DNA of 64,000 bases from Candidatus Entotheonellaceae bacterium. GTDB lineage: Bacteria > Tectomicrobia > Entotheonellia > Entotheonellales > Entotheonellaceae. The notes under the pieces are model-generated. The model was not told where the DNA came from. It was given only the letters and a program-made list of their open reading frames with translations, and ran no database searches. Both the position numbers and the translations under genes were made by a program. Numbering within the stretch: the stretch's first letter is position 1; each line of letters begins with the position of its first letter. Positions 40,119 through 51,073 of this stretch are shown piece after piece. The stretch lies in the NCBI GenBank assembly GCA_965238075.1, contig OZ250173.1:1920001-1984000 (forward strand), read 5' to 3'.

Positions 40119-41576
40119 TCAGCGTTTCCAGAAGTCCGGCACGAACAGAACCAGCAGGGTGAAGATCTCCAGCCGCCCCAGCAACATGGCGACGCACATC
40201 GCCCACTTCGACACGGTGCCGATGCCGTCGTAGTGGCTCCCCACCTCCCAGAAACCGTGCCCCAGATTGTTCAGGCATGCCGCCACCGCGGCAAAGGCCG
40301 ACAGCAGGTCCAGACCGTCGACCGTCAGCACCAGCATCATCAGCGCAAAGCAGGCCGCGTAAATGGCGAAGAAGCCCCACATCGCCTCGAGGACTTTGTC
40401 CGGCAGGGCCGACTTGCCGACCCGAATGACGAAAATGCCGTTGGGGTGAATGAGCCGCTGGATTTCCCGCAGGGCATGTTTGACCAGCAGGATGATGCGA
40501 ATGACCTTCACGCCGCCGGCCGTCGACCCCGTGCAACCGCCGATGAAGCTCGCGAACAGCAGAATCAGGACCAGTGCTGACGGCCACTGTTCGTAAGCCG
40601 TGGCGCTGAAGCCTGCCGTGATGCCGATGGATACCGCATGGAACACCGCGTAATGCCAAGCCTCGCCGACGTCATAGGCGCCGACGTAAACCAGGCCGAC
40701 GAAGCTGTAAACGGCCACCACGCCGAGGATGATCAGGTACACTTTCCATTCCGGATCTTCCGTGTATGGCGACCCATGACGGCGGTGCAGGGCCAGGTAG
40801 TGCAGCGAAAATTTCGTGCCCGAAATCAGCATGAAGACGACGCAGATCAGTTCAATGGTGGCGCTGTTGAAGTGGCCGATGCTGTCGTCGTGGGTCGAGA
40901 AGCCGCCGAGGGCGACGGTCGAGAAGCTGTGGCCGATGGCGTCGAACAGGCTCATGCCGGCCAGCCAGTAGGCGGCGGCGCAGGCGAAGGTCAGGCCGAA
41001 ATAGATGTACCATAGTGTCTTGGCCGTTTCGGCGATGCGCGGCGTCAGCTTGGCGTCCTTGACCGGGCCGGGGATTTCGGCGCGGTAGAGCTGCATGCCG
41101 CCGACGCCGAGCATGGGCAGCACGGCCACCGCCAACACGATGATGCCCATGCCGCCCAGCCACTGCAGGAGTTGGCGGTAGAACAGCAGGGCGTGCGGCA
41201 TGGTGTCGAGGCCGCTCAGCACCGTGGCACCGGTGGTGGTGAGGCCGGAAAAGGACTCGAACACTGCGTTGGTAAACGAAATGCCCAGCCCCGGCATGGC
41301 ATAGAACGGCAGGGCGCCGAAGAGGCTGAGCACCGTCCAGAACAGCACTACGATGAGGAAGCCGTCGCGCACCCGCAATTCCTGGCGGTGCGGGCGATAT
41401 ATCTGCCACAGCAGCAGGCCGGTGATGAGTGTGATGGCGAAGGACAGGACGAACGATCCGGCGCCGCCGTCCCGGTAGATGAGAGCGACGATCACCGGCG
41501 GTATCATCGTGAGGCTGAACACGGCCAGCAGGATGCCGACGACGCGGAGGATGGTTTTACCTTGCATGCTCAGCAC
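40119..41576 (-). CDS. trkH: TrkH potassium uptake protein
   Basis: [46 protein letters not shown]. Confidence 0.95.
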   Translation of the reverse strand: MLSMQGKTILRVVGILLAVFSLTMIPPVIVALIYRDGGAGSFVLSFAITLITGLLLWQIYRPHRQELRVRDGFLIVVLFWTVLSLFGALPFYAMPGLGISFTNAVFESFSGLTTTGATVLSGLDTMPHALLFYRQLLQWLGGMGIIVLAVAVLPMLGVGGMQLYRAEIPGPVKDAKLTPRIAETAKTLWYIYFGLTFACAAAYWLAGMSLFDAIGHSFSTVALGGFSTHDDSIGHFNSATIELICVVFMLISGTKFSLHYLALHRRHGSPYTEDPEWKVYLIILGVVAVYSFVGLVYVGAYDVGEAWHYAVFHAVSIGITAGFSATAYEQWPSALVLILLFASFIGGCTGSTAGGVKVIRIILLVKHALREIQRLIHPNGIFVIRVGKSALPDKVLEAMWGFFAIYAACFALMMLVLTVDGLDLLSAFAAVAACLNNLGHGFWEVGSHYDGIGTVSKWAMCVAMLLGRLEIFTLLVLFVPDFWKR

Positions 41577-41600
41577 TCATGGGCGTCTGGGGTATTGCTG

Positions 41601-41639
41601 CTCCCTCTTCGCCTGGTGGGAGAGGGCTGGGGTGAGGGG
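41601..41639. repeat. Intergenic CCCTCACCCC..CCCTCTCCC-type palindromic repeat
   Basis: CTCCCTCTTCGCCTGGTGGGAGAGGGCTGGGGTGAGGGG. Confidence 0.55.
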
Positions 41640-41752
41640 AAATTCTAACGTGAGACACGACGTAGTTTTGTCAACGATGCGGGAATTGTAGTCGCAGGGC
41701 TTGCAGGGGGTCAAATGCAGCGGGCGCTGGCCCGGCGTTCTGTCAGAACGGC

Positions 41753-41781
41753 TTGCGCCTCACTCTGTAAACCACTATAAA
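41753..41781 (+). promoter_or_regulatory. Putative sigma70 promoter
   Basis: TTGCGC-17bp-TATAAA upstream of the Ldh-family gene. Confidence 0.5.
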
Positions 41782-41842
41782 AGTTGGCCAGTTTCAAACA
41801 TACCCTGCCGTCCAAACACCACCTGAGCTAAAGGAGGCCCTC

Positions 41843-42901
41843 GTGCCAACATTCGCTGCGCCGGACCTGCAACGTCTGACCGAAGAAGTCTTTCACGCCG
41901 TCGGATTTCCGCGCGAGGAGGCCGCGACGATCGCCGACATCATGGTACAGGCCAATCTGGCGGGGCACGATTCACACGGCGTCATTCACATCCCGGGCTA
42001 CGTCGGGCGCATTCGCAGCGGCGATGTGCGGCCGGGAGCGGCGGTGGAAACCGTGCACGAGACGTCGACGACGGCCGTGCTGGACGGCCATTTCACCATG
42101 GGGCACGTGGCGGCTAGCAAGGCGATGCAGTTGGCCATCAACAAGGCGCGGGAGCACGCCATCGCGGCCGTCGGGGTGCACAACCTCAACCACATTGGCC
42201 GCCTCGGCGCCTACCCGTTGATGGCCGCCGAGGCCGGCATGGGCGCCATCGTCACGGCGTCCGCCGGTGGCGCCGGCAAGCTGGTCACGCCGTTCCTGGG
42301 CATGCAGCCCCGGCTGGCCACCAACCCTATCGCCATGGCCTTCCCCAACCCGGCTGGCGCGCCGCTGCTGCTCGACATGGCCACGTCGGCTGCGGCGGCC
42401 GGCAAAATTCGCCTGATGCTGAACCGCGGGCACGAGACCGGCACGGGCTGGATCATCAACAAAGACGGCCAGCCGACCCGCGATCCGGCGGACTTCTACG
42501 CCGGCGGCATGGCGCTGCCCCTGGGCGGCGACCAGGGCCACAAGGGCTACGGCCTGGCGGTCATGGTGGAAGTGCTCTCCGGCATCCTGGCGCGCACCGG
42601 AACCGCGGCCAAGGACCGGCAGGACCTCAACAACGGCACCTTCATGATCGTCATCGATATCGCCGCCTTTCTGCCCCTGGAGCAGTTTCACGCCGAAATG
42701 GCCGAGTTGGTCGATTATCTGCACGACACGCTGCCGGCGCCCGGACAGGAGGGCGTTCTGGTGCCGGGCGAATACGAAGCGCGCAACGAGGCCGCCCGCC
42801 GCCGCGACGGCATCCCCGTCGAGGACGAGACGTGGCGTCAGATTTGCGACAGCGTGGAAGAGCTTGGAATCGCCTCTGCCCTGCCCACCGCGCTTGCCTG
42901 A
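41843..42901 (+). CDS. Ldh/Mdh type-2 (malate/L-lactate/sulfolactate dehydrogenase family) oxidoreductase
   Basis: GHDSHG, HIGRLG, TNPIA, DMATS, HKGYGL, VPGE. Confidence 0.9.
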   Translation: MPTFAAPDLQRLTEEVFHAVGFPREEAATIADIMVQANLAGHDSHGVIHIPGYVGRIRSGDVRPGAAVETVHETSTTAVLDGHFTMGHVAASKAMQLAINKAREHAIAAVGVHNLNHIGRLGAYPLMAAEAGMGAIVTASAGGAGKLVTPFLGMQPRLATNPIAMAFPNPAGAPLLLDMATSAAAAGKIRLMLNRGHETGTGWIINKDGQPTRDPADFYAGGMALPLGGDQGHKGYGLAVMVEVLSGILARTGTAAKDRQDLNNGTFMIVIDIAAFLPLEQFHAEMAELVDYLHDTLPAPGQEGVLVPGEYEARNEAARRRDGIPVEDETWRQICDSVEELGIASALPTALA

Positions 42902-43026
42902 CGGCGCACCGCCGTTTTTGCGTTGCGGTGCGTTCGTATGCGAGAATACGCGGCACGCAGCGCGCCTTGTCTGGACGTTACGGGATGGGCGCGTGATCCG
43001 GTTTCAGCAAGTAATGGGAGGTGATT

Positions 43027-43779
43027 ATGTCCGGTCATTCAAAATGGTCGAGTATCAAGCACAAAAAGGCCATGGTGGATGCACGCCGTGGCAAGATGTT
43101 CACCAAACTGATCCGCGAGCTGGTGTCAGCCGCCCGCGCCGCAGGGGGCGATCCGAACACCAACCCGCGGCTGCGTACCGCGGTGGCCTCGGCCAAGGGC
43201 GCCAACATGCCGGCCGATACCATTCAGCGCGCCATCCAGAAGGGCACCGGCGACACCGCGGGCGAGACGTACGAGGAAGTGACCTATGAGGGCTACGGCG
43301 CCGGCGGCGTGGCGGTTTTGGTCGACACGCTGACCGACAACAAGAACCGCACGGTCGCCGAAATTCGCCACCTGTTCGCCAAGCACGGCGGCGGCATGGG
43401 CGAGAACGGCTGCGTCGCGTGGATGTTCCAGCGGCAGGGTTTTTTGACGCTCGACGCCGGCAGCATTGACGAAGACGCCCTCCTTGAGATCGTCCTGGAG
43501 GCCGGCGGAGACGACGTCAGAACGGAAAACGACCTGTACGAAATCCTGACCGCACCGGAGGTCTTCGAGGATGTGCGCAGCTCGCTTGAGGCGCAGGGCC
43601 TGACGCCCGAGGTGGCGGAGGTCACCATGCTGCCGCAGTCGACCGTGACGATCGAGGGCAAGCAGGCCGAGCAGGTCATCCGCCTGATGGAGGCGCTGGA
43701 CGACCAGGACGACGTGCGGCGCGCCTACGCCAACTTCGACATTCCCGACGAGGTCATGGCCGCGTTGGCGGCCTCGTAA
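43027..43779 (+). CDS. yebC: YebC/PmpR family protein
   Basis: MSGHSKWSSIKHKK, YEGYG.GG, TDNKNRT. Confidence 0.97.
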   Translation: MSGHSKWSSIKHKKAMVDARRGKMFTKLIRELVSAARAAGGDPNTNPRLRTAVASAKGANMPADTIQRAIQKGTGDTAGETYEEVTYEGYGAGGVAVLVDTLTDNKNRTVAEIRHLFAKHGGGMGENGCVAWMFQRQGFLTLDAGSIDEDALLEIVLEAGGDDVRTENDLYEILTAPEVFEDVRSSLEAQGLTPEVAEVTMLPQSTVTIEGKQAEQVIRLMEALDDQDDVRRAYANFDIPDEVMAALAAS

Positions 43780-43818
43780 CCCACGCCTCACGAATGGGCC
43801 GCAGCGACGGGGGACAGC

Positions 43819-44310
43819 GTGCGTGTGGTAGGCATTGACCCAGGATCGTTGGTTACCGGCTTCGGCGTCGTCGAGCACGACGCCACTGGCATGCGGGCGC
43901 TTACCTGGGGTGCTGTGCGCACACCGGCCCGGCGGCCGCTGGAAGTGCGGCTCAAACATATTTACGAGGGGTTGTCGGAGGTCATCCAGGTTTGGCAGCC
44001 CGAGGCCGCCGTGGTGGAAAAGGTCTTCTTCGCCAAGAACGCCAAGGCCGCCCTGACGCTGGGCCAGGCGCGCGGCGTGGCCCTGCTGACCGTTGCCAAT
44101 GCCGCGGTGCCGCTGGTGGAGTATTCGGCCCTGGAGATCAAGCAGGCCGTCGTTGGCTACGGCCGTGCGGCCAAGGAACAAGTCCAGCACATGGTTCGTG
44201 TGCTTCTGAACCTCCCGACCGTCCCCCGACCCGCTGACGCGGCCGACGCCCTGGCCGCTGCCATTTGCTACCTGCACAGCCACGAATGGCAGAGAAAACT
44301 GGCGCCATGA
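43819..44310 (+). CDS. ruvC: Holliday junction resolvase
   Basis: GIDPG, EKVF, GQARG, GYGRA.KEQV, DAADALA. Confidence 0.97.
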   Translation: MRVVGIDPGSLVTGFGVVEHDATGMRALTWGAVRTPARRPLEVRLKHIYEGLSEVIQVWQPEAAVVEKVFFAKNAKAALTLGQARGVALLTVANAAVPLVEYSALEIKQAVVGYGRAAKEQVQHMVRVLLNLPTVPRPADAADALAAAICYLHSHEWQRKLAP

Positions 44311-44912
44311 TCGTGCTTCTGCAAGGCCTCCTGATGGACAAAACGGTTGAGCACGCGGTGATCGACGTGCATGGCGTCGGCTATCAGGCGGATATTCCCT
44401 TGTCCACCTACTACGTGCTGCCGGGTGTGGGTGAGAGCGTTACGCTGCGCACCACCATGTACGTGCGCGAAGACGCCATGCGGCTGTACGGCTTTGCCAC
44501 CGAGGCAGAGCGCAGCCTCTTCGAGATACTCATCACGGTGTCGTCGATCGGCCCGCGCCTGGCGCTCAATATGCTGTCCAGCATTCCCGCGGGCGACCTG
44601 CAGGCGTGCATCGCCCAGGCGGAGGTGTCCAGGCTGCAAACCATTCCCGGCATCGGCCGCAAAACCGCTGAACGCGTCGTCCTCGAATTGCAGGAAAAGA
44701 TCGTCAAGCTCGACATGGCGCCGTCCGGGCTGCCGCGCGGGTCGGTCCCGGCGGATGAGCAAGTGGTGGGCGACGTGGTGTCGGCTTTGCTCAATCTGGG
44801 ATACAAGCGCAACGAGGCGCAGCGTGCCGTGCAGGCCGTGCGCAGGGAGCGGGATGGGCGGCCGGTGCTGGAAACCCTCCTGAAGGATACGCTGCAACGG
44901 CTGGCAACTTAG
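44307..44912 (+). CDS. ruvA: Holliday junction branch migration protein
   Basis: GVGY, VREDA..LYGF, IPGIG.KTAER, AL..LGY. Confidence 0.97.
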   Translation: MIVLLQGLLMDKTVEHAVIDVHGVGYQADIPLSTYYVLPGVGESVTLRTTMYVREDAMRLYGFATEAERSLFEILITVSSIGPRLALNMLSSIPAGDLQACIAQAEVSRLQTIPGIGRKTAERVVLELQEKIVKLDMAPSGLPRGSVPADEQVVGDVVSALLNLGYKRNEAQRAVQAVRRERDGRPVLETLLKDTLQRLAT

Positions 44913-44926
44913 CTTAGGGGTGCAGG

Positions 44927-45946
44927 GTGATAGAGCGCATTGTGGATCGAACCCAGGATTCCGAGGAAAACCTCCTCGAAGTCAGTCTGCGTCCGATTGC
45001 GCTTGAGGACTACGTCGGGCAGGCGCAAAGCAAGGAAAATCTCCGCATTCTGATCGAGGCCGCCCGGCAGCGGGACGATGCGATTGACCATATTCTCTTC
45101 TGCGGGCCGCCCGGTCTCGGCAAGACCACCCTGGCGCACATCATCGCCAACGAGATGCAGGTCAACGTCAAGACCACCTCGGGGCCGATTCTGGAACGGC
45201 CCGGCGACCTGGCTGCTATCCTCACCAATCTGCAGCATGGCGACGTGTTTTTCATCGACGAGATGCACCGCTTGTCGCACGTCATCGAGGAAGTGCTGTA
45301 TCCCGCCATGGAAGACTTTCAGCTCGACATCATCATCGGGCAGGGACCAAGCGCCCGGACGATCAAGCTGAGCCTGCCGCGCTTCACCCTCGTCGGCGCC
45401 ACCACGCGGGCGGGGCTGTTGACCTCGCCGTTGCGCGACCGGTTCGGCGTGGTGATGCGGCTGGATTTTTATACGCAGGAGGAGTTGCAGGTAATTCTGC
45501 GCCGCTCCGCCGACCTGTTGCGGGTGGGCATCGACCAGGAGGGCACCGTCGAGATCGCCCGCCGCTCGCGCGGCACGCCGCGGGTGGCGAACCGCTTGCT
45601 CAAGCGGGTGCGTGATTACGCGCAGGTGCGGGCGGATGGGTTCATTACCTGCGAGGTGGCTGCCCAGGCCCTGAAACTTCTCGACGTCGACGCTCTGGGA
45701 CTGGACAAAATGGACCGGCAGCTTCTGGAAGCGATTATCGACAAGTTTGGCGGTGGCCCGGTGGGTCTGGAAACGCTTTCCGCCGTCCTCAACGAGGAGA
45801 AGGACACCATCGAGGACGTGTATGAGCCGTTCCTGATTCAGGAGGGCTACCTCAAACGCACCCCGCGCGGGCGTACTGCGACCCCTCTGGCTTATCGTCA
45901 CTTGCGGCGCCAGCTCGCAACCGATGGTCAGACCCGCTTGCTGTAA
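44927..45946 (+). CDS. ruvB: Holliday junction branch migration helicase
   Basis: [27 protein letters not shown]. Confidence 0.98.
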   Translation: MIERIVDRTQDSEENLLEVSLRPIALEDYVGQAQSKENLRILIEAARQRDDAIDHILFCGPPGLGKTTLAHIIANEMQVNVKTTSGPILERPGDLAAILTNLQHGDVFFIDEMHRLSHVIEEVLYPAMEDFQLDIIIGQGPSARTIKLSLPRFTLVGATTRAGLLTSPLRDRFGVVMRLDFYTQEELQVILRRSADLLRVGIDQEGTVEIARRSRGTPRVANRLLKRVRDYAQVRADGFITCEVAAQALKLLDVDALGLDKMDRQLLEAIIDKFGGGPVGLETLSAVLNEEKDTIEDVYEPFLIQEGYLKRTPRGRTATPLAYRHLRRQLATDGQTRLL

Positions 45947-45956
45947 TACGCCTGCC

Positions 45957-46997
45957 ATGCACCTGCGCGACTTCGATTTCACCCTGCCAGCCGAATTGAT
46001 CGCCCAAGCGCCCGCCGCCAAGCGGGACGGCTCGCGCCTGATGGTCGTCGACCGGCAGCAGCGCAGTATCCGGCACGACGGTTTTGCCAACGTCGGCAAC
46101 TACCTGAGCGCCGGGGACGTGCTGGTGGTGAATGACACCAAGGTGATTCCGGCGCGCTTGCGAGGCCGTAAGGTCGGCACCGGCGGCAGTGTAGAGGTAC
46201 TGCTGCTTCACGAGGTCAGCCCCGGGGCATGGGAAGTGCTGCTGAAGCCCGCCGCCAAGGCGCCGACCGGCACGGCGGTGGAATTCGGCGATGGGACGTT
46301 GCGGGGACGTGTTGGGGAGCGGACGGAGAATGGGGCGGCTATCCTGCACTTTACGCCGCCCGACGTGTTGCCGGTGCTTGCCGAGTTCGGGGAAGTGCCG
46401 CTGCCGCCCTATATCAAACGGCAGCAGCCGACGGAGAGCCGGGAATTCGATCTGGAACGCTACCAGACGGTGTATGCCTGCCATCCCGGCGCGGTGGCGG
46501 CGCCGACCGCCGGCCTGCATTTCACGCCGGAGTTGCTGGCCGATCTGGAGCGGCAGGGGGTCCAGCGGGCGACGCTCACGCTTCACGTGGGGTGGGGGAC
46601 GTTCCAGCCGCTGCGCAGCGACGCCATTGAACAGCATCGCATGGGCGCGGAACGCTACCAACTGGCGGCGTCCGAGGCCGAACGCATTGAGCGTGCCCGC
46701 GAATTGGGTCACCGGGTGGTGGCGGTGGGAACCACGACGACACGGACGCTGGAAACTATTGGACAAGAAATAGGGGGGGTACACGCCGCTAGCGGATGGT
46801 CGGAACTCTTTATCAAGCCCGGGCATCGTTTTCGCGTCATCGATGCCCTGATCACCAATTTTCACCTGCCGCGCTCAACGCTCTTTATGCTGGTGTGTGC
46901 GTTTGCCGGCCGCAATCTCATGCTCGAAGCCTACCAGAAAGCCATTGCCAACCAATATCGCTTCTACAGCTACGGCGATGCCATGCTCGTCATTTGA
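45957..46997 (+). CDS. queA: tRNA preQ1 S-adenosylmethionine ribosyltransferase-isomerase
   Basis: PLPPYI, YQTVYA, AAPTAGLHF, TNFHLP.ST, YRFYSYGDAM. Confidence 0.97.
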   Translation: MHLRDFDFTLPAELIAQAPAAKRDGSRLMVVDRQQRSIRHDGFANVGNYLSAGDVLVVNDTKVIPARLRGRKVGTGGSVEVLLLHEVSPGAWEVLLKPAAKAPTGTAVEFGDGTLRGRVGERTENGAAILHFTPPDVLPVLAEFGEVPLPPYIKRQQPTESREFDLERYQTVYACHPGAVAAPTAGLHFTPELLADLERQGVQRATLTLHVGWGTFQPLRSDAIEQHRMGAERYQLAASEAERIERARELGHRVVAVGTTTTRTLETIGQEIGGVHAASGWSELFIKPGHRFRVIDALITNFHLPRSTLFMLVCAFAGRNLMLEAYQKAIANQYRFYSYGDAMLVI

Positions 46998-47012
46998 GCC
47001 TGCCCGACTTTG

Positions 47013-47294
47013 TTAGTCGTCGCCGTTGACGACGTCCTTGAAAAACTTGCCTGACTTGAACCGCACCACCCGCCGGGCCGGTATTTCGGCTTCCTTACCC
47101 GTTTTGGGATTCCGCCCGAGACGCGCGTGCTTTTCGCGCACCTGAAAGGTGCCGAAACGCCGCAGAACGACCGACTCACCCCGACACAGGCTCTCCTTCA
47201 ACTCGTCGAGGATCGCGTCCACGGCCTCTTCGGCTTTTACCTTTGTAATGTCGGTTTCATCGGCGATACGATTGACAATTTCGACTTTCCTCAT
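47013..47294 (-). CDS. HU/IHF family DNA-binding protein
   Basis: FGTF..REK..R.GRNPKTG. Confidence 0.93.
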   Translation of the reverse strand: MRKVEIVNRIADETDITKVKAEEAVDAILDELKESLCRGESVVLRRFGTFQVREKHARLGRNPKTGKEAEIPARRVVRFKSGKFFKDVVNGDD

Positions 47295-47439
47295 AGGCTG
47301 GCGCTCCCGGATTCGGGTGTGAGGGGCGGTGAGACAACGCGCGGTTCTGCTGTCTGCGGGCAGGTGGAAGTCGTTGAATATCAGATTCTGCCGCCTGAAT
47401 CAAGAACGCCGGAACCGTTTGGCCAGGTACTGATCGTGC

Positions 47440-48630
47440 TCAGGGCCTGGGCGGCGCCTGCCCCAGCCGCTGCACCGGCGTTGCCACGGACAGGGTGAGC
47501 GCCCGCCAGAGCCGCGCCACGGCGCGGGCGATGCGGGTAAACAGCGAGGTGCGCTGCGTCACGCTGGCCGTTTCGCCGCTCAGGGAGGCAAACTCGCGCA
47601 GGAGCTCCTCTTGGCGCTCGGTGAGACGGGTGGGGGTGCGCACCACGACGTGCGCGATCTGATCGCCGCGTCCGCCACCGCGCACGTGCGGCACGCCGCA
47701 GCCGCGCAGGGTCAGGGTGCCGCGGGTCTGGGTGCCGCGTGGGATGGTGAGGGTCTTGGGCCCAAACAGCGACGGGACTTCCACGTCCGCGCCCAGGGCG
47801 GCTTGGGAGAACGAGATCGTCACCTCGCAATGTACGTTGACACCATCACGCTCGAAGATGTCGTGCGGCGCCACGTGCACCACCACGTACAGGTCGCCCG
47901 GCGGCCCGCCGTTGGTGCCCTCCTCGCCCTCGCCGGTGAGACGCAGGCGGGAGTTTTCGTCCATGCCGGGCGGAATCTTCACCGACAGCTTCTTGGGCGT
48001 TTGCACCAGCCCCAGCCCCCGGCACTCGGGGCACGGGTCGGTAATCACCACGCCTTGGCCGCGGCAGTGCGGACACGTGGTGCGCATGGCGAAAAAGCCC
48101 TGCCGCCGTTCCACCTGTCCCATGCCGCCGCAGGTTCCGCACGTGGTGGGCTGCGTGCCCGGTGCGGTGCGCTTGCCCAGGCACTGGATGCAGGTCTCGG
48201 TCTTGTCGAATTCCAGCATCTTCTCGGTACCGGAAACGACTTCTTCCAGGGTGGTCTGAACGTCGTAGCGCAGGTCCGCGCCGGCGCGGGCCGCCGGGCG
48301 TCCGCCTCGGCGTCCGCTGCCGCCAAAGCCGAACAGTTCTTCGAAAATGCTGCCGAAGCTGGAGAAGACGTCCTCGGCGCCGCCAAAGCCCTGAAAGCCC
48401 GCGCCCTGCAGGCCGTCGTGACCGTAGCGGTCATACAGGCTGCGCTTTTCGGGGTCGTTCAGCACGTCGTAGGCTTCCGCCGCTTCTTTGAATTTCTCCT
48501 CAGCCTTGGGGTCGTCCGGGTTGCGGTCCGGGTGGTATTTCAAAGCCAGTCTGCGATAGTTTTTTTTCAATTCATCCTCGCTCGCATCGCGCGACACGTC
48601 GAGGATTTCGTAATAATCCCGTTTGACCAT
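47440..48630 (-). CDS. dnaJ: Chaperone DnaJ (class A)
   Basis: HPD J-domain, G/F region, four CxxCxG repeats. Confidence 0.96.
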   Translation of the reverse strand: MVKRDYYEILDVSRDASEDELKKNYRRLALKYHPDRNPDDPKAEEKFKEAAEAYDVLNDPEKRSLYDRYGHDGLQGAGFQGFGGAEDVFSSFGSIFEELFGFGGSGRRGGRPAARAGADLRYDVQTTLEEVVSGTEKMLEFDKTETCIQCLGKRTAPGTQPTTCGTCGGMGQVERRQGFFAMRTTCPHCRGQGVVITDPCPECRGLGLVQTPKKLSVKIPPGMDENSRLRLTGEGEEGTNGGPPGDLYVVVHVAPHDIFERDGVNVHCEVTISFSQAALGADVEVPSLFGPKTLTIPRGTQTRGTLTLRGCGVPHVRGGGRGDQIAHVVVRTPTRLTERQEELLREFASLSGETASVTQRTSLFTRIARAVARLWRALTLSVATPVQRLGQAPPRP

Positions 48631-48641
48631 GGCGTTGTACC

Positions 48642-48959
48642 TTATGTCGAAGCCGGATTGCGTGAGTTGCCCGGCGCCTCGCGCATGGCCAGCAGGGCGC
48701 GCGTTTCTTCCTGCGCGGCGCGGAGCTTGCGCAGCAGGTCCATGATGATCGTCACGCCCGCCAGATTGACCCCCATCTCGCGCGTCAGGTTCAGAATCGT
48801 ACTGAGGTGGTCAATGTCCCGGCGCGTGTAAAGCCGCGTGTTGCCCGCCGAGCGTTCTGGGTGCAGCAGCCCTTCGCGTTCGTACAGGCGCAGGGTCTGC
48901 GGGTGCACGTTGAACATGTTGGCGACGGCGCTGATGGTGAAGTATTCCTTGCCGGGCAT
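48642..48959 (-). CDS. hspR: MerR-family heat-shock repressor HspR
   Basis: ISAVA....[22 protein letters not shown]...GVNLAGV. Confidence 0.9.
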   Translation of the reverse strand: MPGKEYFTISAVANMFNVHPQTLRLYEREGLLHPERSAGNTRLYTRRDIDHLSTILNLTREMGVNLAGVTIIMDLLRKLRAAQEETRALLAMREAPGNSRNPAST

Positions 48960-48962
48960 GGC

Positions 48963-49868
48963 CTACCACCTCTTGGCGCGCGGTTGCATGGGATTGTGGG
49001 CGCTGAACTCTTCCAATAGCTCCCGCGAGCGGTCGTCCAGCGTCTCCGGCAGCACGACGTGCACGCGCACATACTGGTTGCCGCGCTCATTGCCTTGCCG
49101 GTTCGGCGCCCCTTTGCCGCGCAAGCGGAAGCGACGGCCATTCTGCGTGCCGGGCGGCAGCGTCATGGAAGTGGGGCCGTCGATGGTGGGCACCTCGATT
49201 TTGGCGCCCAGGATGGCCTCGGCGAGCGTCACCGGCACCTCGCACTCGATGTCATTGCCGCGGCGCTCGAAGTAGGCGTGCGGCTTGACCCGTATGACGA
49301 CGTATAGATCGCCCGGCGGCGCGCCCGCGGTTCCGGCGCCGCCTTTGCCAGCGATGCGTATCTTGGAGCCGGTGTCGACGCCCGGCGGGATTTTGACCTG
49401 CCGCCGCTCGACGCTGCCATCCCGGTGGGTCAGCTTGATGCGGGTCGTGGTACCGCGCAGGGCGTCCTCGAAGGGGATTTCCAGGGTCTGCTCAACGTCC
49501 TGCCCGCGCTGAGGCATCGGCCCGGCACGTCCCCCGCCGCCAGCGAACAAGTCGTCAAAAATGGCGCCGAACCCCTCGGCGAAGCCCCCGCCTGAGCCAA
49601 AGATGTCGCGGATGTTGCCGGTATGAAAGCCGCCGCCGCCCATGTCAAACGCTTGGTGCCCGAAACGGTCGTATTTCGTGCGGCTCTCGGCGTTGCCCAA
49701 CACCTCGTAAGCCTCGGATATCTCCTTGAATTTCTGCTCGGCAGCAGCGTCTCCCGGGTTGACGTCCGGGTGATATTGGCGAGCCAGACGGCGGTAGGCC
49801 TGCTTGATCTCTTTTTCGGAGGCGTCCCGTTTGACATTGAGGGTCTGGTAGTAGTCCTGCTTGGCCAT
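48963..49868 (-). CDS. Class B DnaJ/CbpA-like chaperone
   Basis: HPD J-domain, no Zn finger, C-terminal substrate-binding domain. Confidence 0.92.
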   Translation of the reverse strand: MAKQDYYQTLNVKRDASEKEIKQAYRRLARQYHPDVNPGDAAAEQKFKEISEAYEVLGNAESRTKYDRFGHQAFDMGGGGFHTGNIRDIFGSGGGFAEGFGAIFDDLFAGGGGRAGPMPQRGQDVEQTLEIPFEDALRGTTTRIKLTHRDGSVERRQVKIPPGVDTGSKIRIAGKGGAGTAGAPPGDLYVVIRVKPHAYFERRGNDIECEVPVTLAEAILGAKIEVPTIDGPTSMTLPPGTQNGRRFRLRGKGAPNRQGNERGNQYVRVHVVLPETLDDRSRELLEEFSAHNPMQPRAKRW

Positions 49869-49941
49869 GGGCCACGTTCCTTCCAGGCTTGGCGCGGGTG
49901 ATGAGGATGAGGGGTGGAAGCTAAGAGCTGAGCGGAGAGTG

Positions 49942-49971
49942 ACTATAATATGTGAGTCTAAACATGTCAAC
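49942..49971 (-). promoter_or_regulatory. Sigma70 promoter with overlapping HAIR-like HspR operator
   Basis: Minus strand TTGACA-17bp-TATAGT; GTTGACA-N7-ACTCACA vs HAIR consensus CTTGAGT-N7-ACTCAAG. Confidence 0.75.
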
Positions 49972-50003
49972 CTTGCAATGCTTCGCGCAGCAAGGCCGGG
50001 TGG

Positions 50004-50897
50004 TCAGTTTGCCAGGGGCGATACTGTCAGGCGGGACGGCTTTTCGATTTCCATGAAGATGGCGCCGCCTTTGAAGATGCGCACGTCGCCGGTGGATTCG
50101 GAGATGACGATGGCGACGGCCTCGGTGACGGAGGTGATGCCGGCGGCGGCGACGTGGCGGGAACCCAAGCCCTGGGGCAGATCGACGGTGGATTCCAGGG
50201 CGGCGTTGAGGTGGCGGCCGGCGGAGGTCACCTCGCCGTCTTCGCGGATGACGAAGGCGCCGTCGAGGGCGGAGAACTCCTTCAGGGTTTCACGCAGTTG
50301 CGGGTTGAGTACGTTGCGCTCCTCGGCGGGATAGCCCTGGAACGGGTTGAAGATGGTTTGACGCGAGAACTGCATCACCTTGTCGTGGTCGCCCACCACG
50401 AAGGTGGCGCCCACCGGCTTGCCCTCACGCCCCTGGCTGGCCAGTTCCACCGCGAGATTCAACAGCGCCTCGAAAACCGCGGAGGGGATGTGACCCGCGA
50501 TGTCCGACACGTTCGTGGAGATGAGCAACTCCCGTTCCTTGCCGATGTCGAGCACGACGATGCAGTCGAGGAAGCCGAAAAGCGACGATCCGGTCAGGCA
50601 GACGATCTTGTCGCCTTCGGTGACGTGGCCCTCGGACAGCGCCATGACCACGGCGAGCTTGATCTGTCCCATGCGGGTGAGTGGAAAGGGCGGCAGGCGC
50701 AGGGTGGCGGAGACCTCCGCGCTGGGCTCGGTGCGGCTTGCCGAGTGGGTGATCAGGATGATGTCGGTGGCGTCCAGCATGCCGCTGGGGATAGGGTAGT
50801 CCTGAATGGCGTCCGCGTAGACAAACAGGGCTTTGGCGCCGATTTCGTTGGCGATGACGCAGGCTGATTCGACGATAACGTTATTGAGGGAACGCAT
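50004..50897 (-). CDS. Diadenylate cyclase, DacZ-like (PK_C-like N-domain + DAC/DisA_N domain)
   Basis: GREGKPVG, LDGAF, GLGSRH.AAA, ISESTG. Confidence 0.88.
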   Translation of the reverse strand: MRSLNNVIVESACVIANEIGAKALFVYADAIQDYPIPSGMLDATDIILITHSASRTEPSAEVSATLRLPPFPLTRMGQIKLAVVMALSEGHVTEGDKIVCLTGSSLFGFLDCIVVLDIGKERELLISTNVSDIAGHIPSAVFEALLNLAVELASQGREGKPVGATFVVGDHDKVMQFSRQTIFNPFQGYPAEERNVLNPQLRETLKEFSALDGAFVIREDGEVTSAGRHLNAALESTVDLPQGLGSRHVAAAGITSVTEAVAIVISESTGDVRIFKGGAIFMEIEKPSRLTVSPLAN

Positions 50898-51073
50898 ATC
50901 CGCCTCACAGGACAACAAGCCGATGCTTGGGACGACATACATTTTTGTTGGGACAGTGTAGCCAAATCGGCGACTGCCTGTCAAAAGACGATTGCCCCGC
51001 CTGTGCTATAGTGCTAACGCTTGTTTCAACGGGGTGTCATCAAACAATCCACCATGTCGCAGAGAAACCGCCT

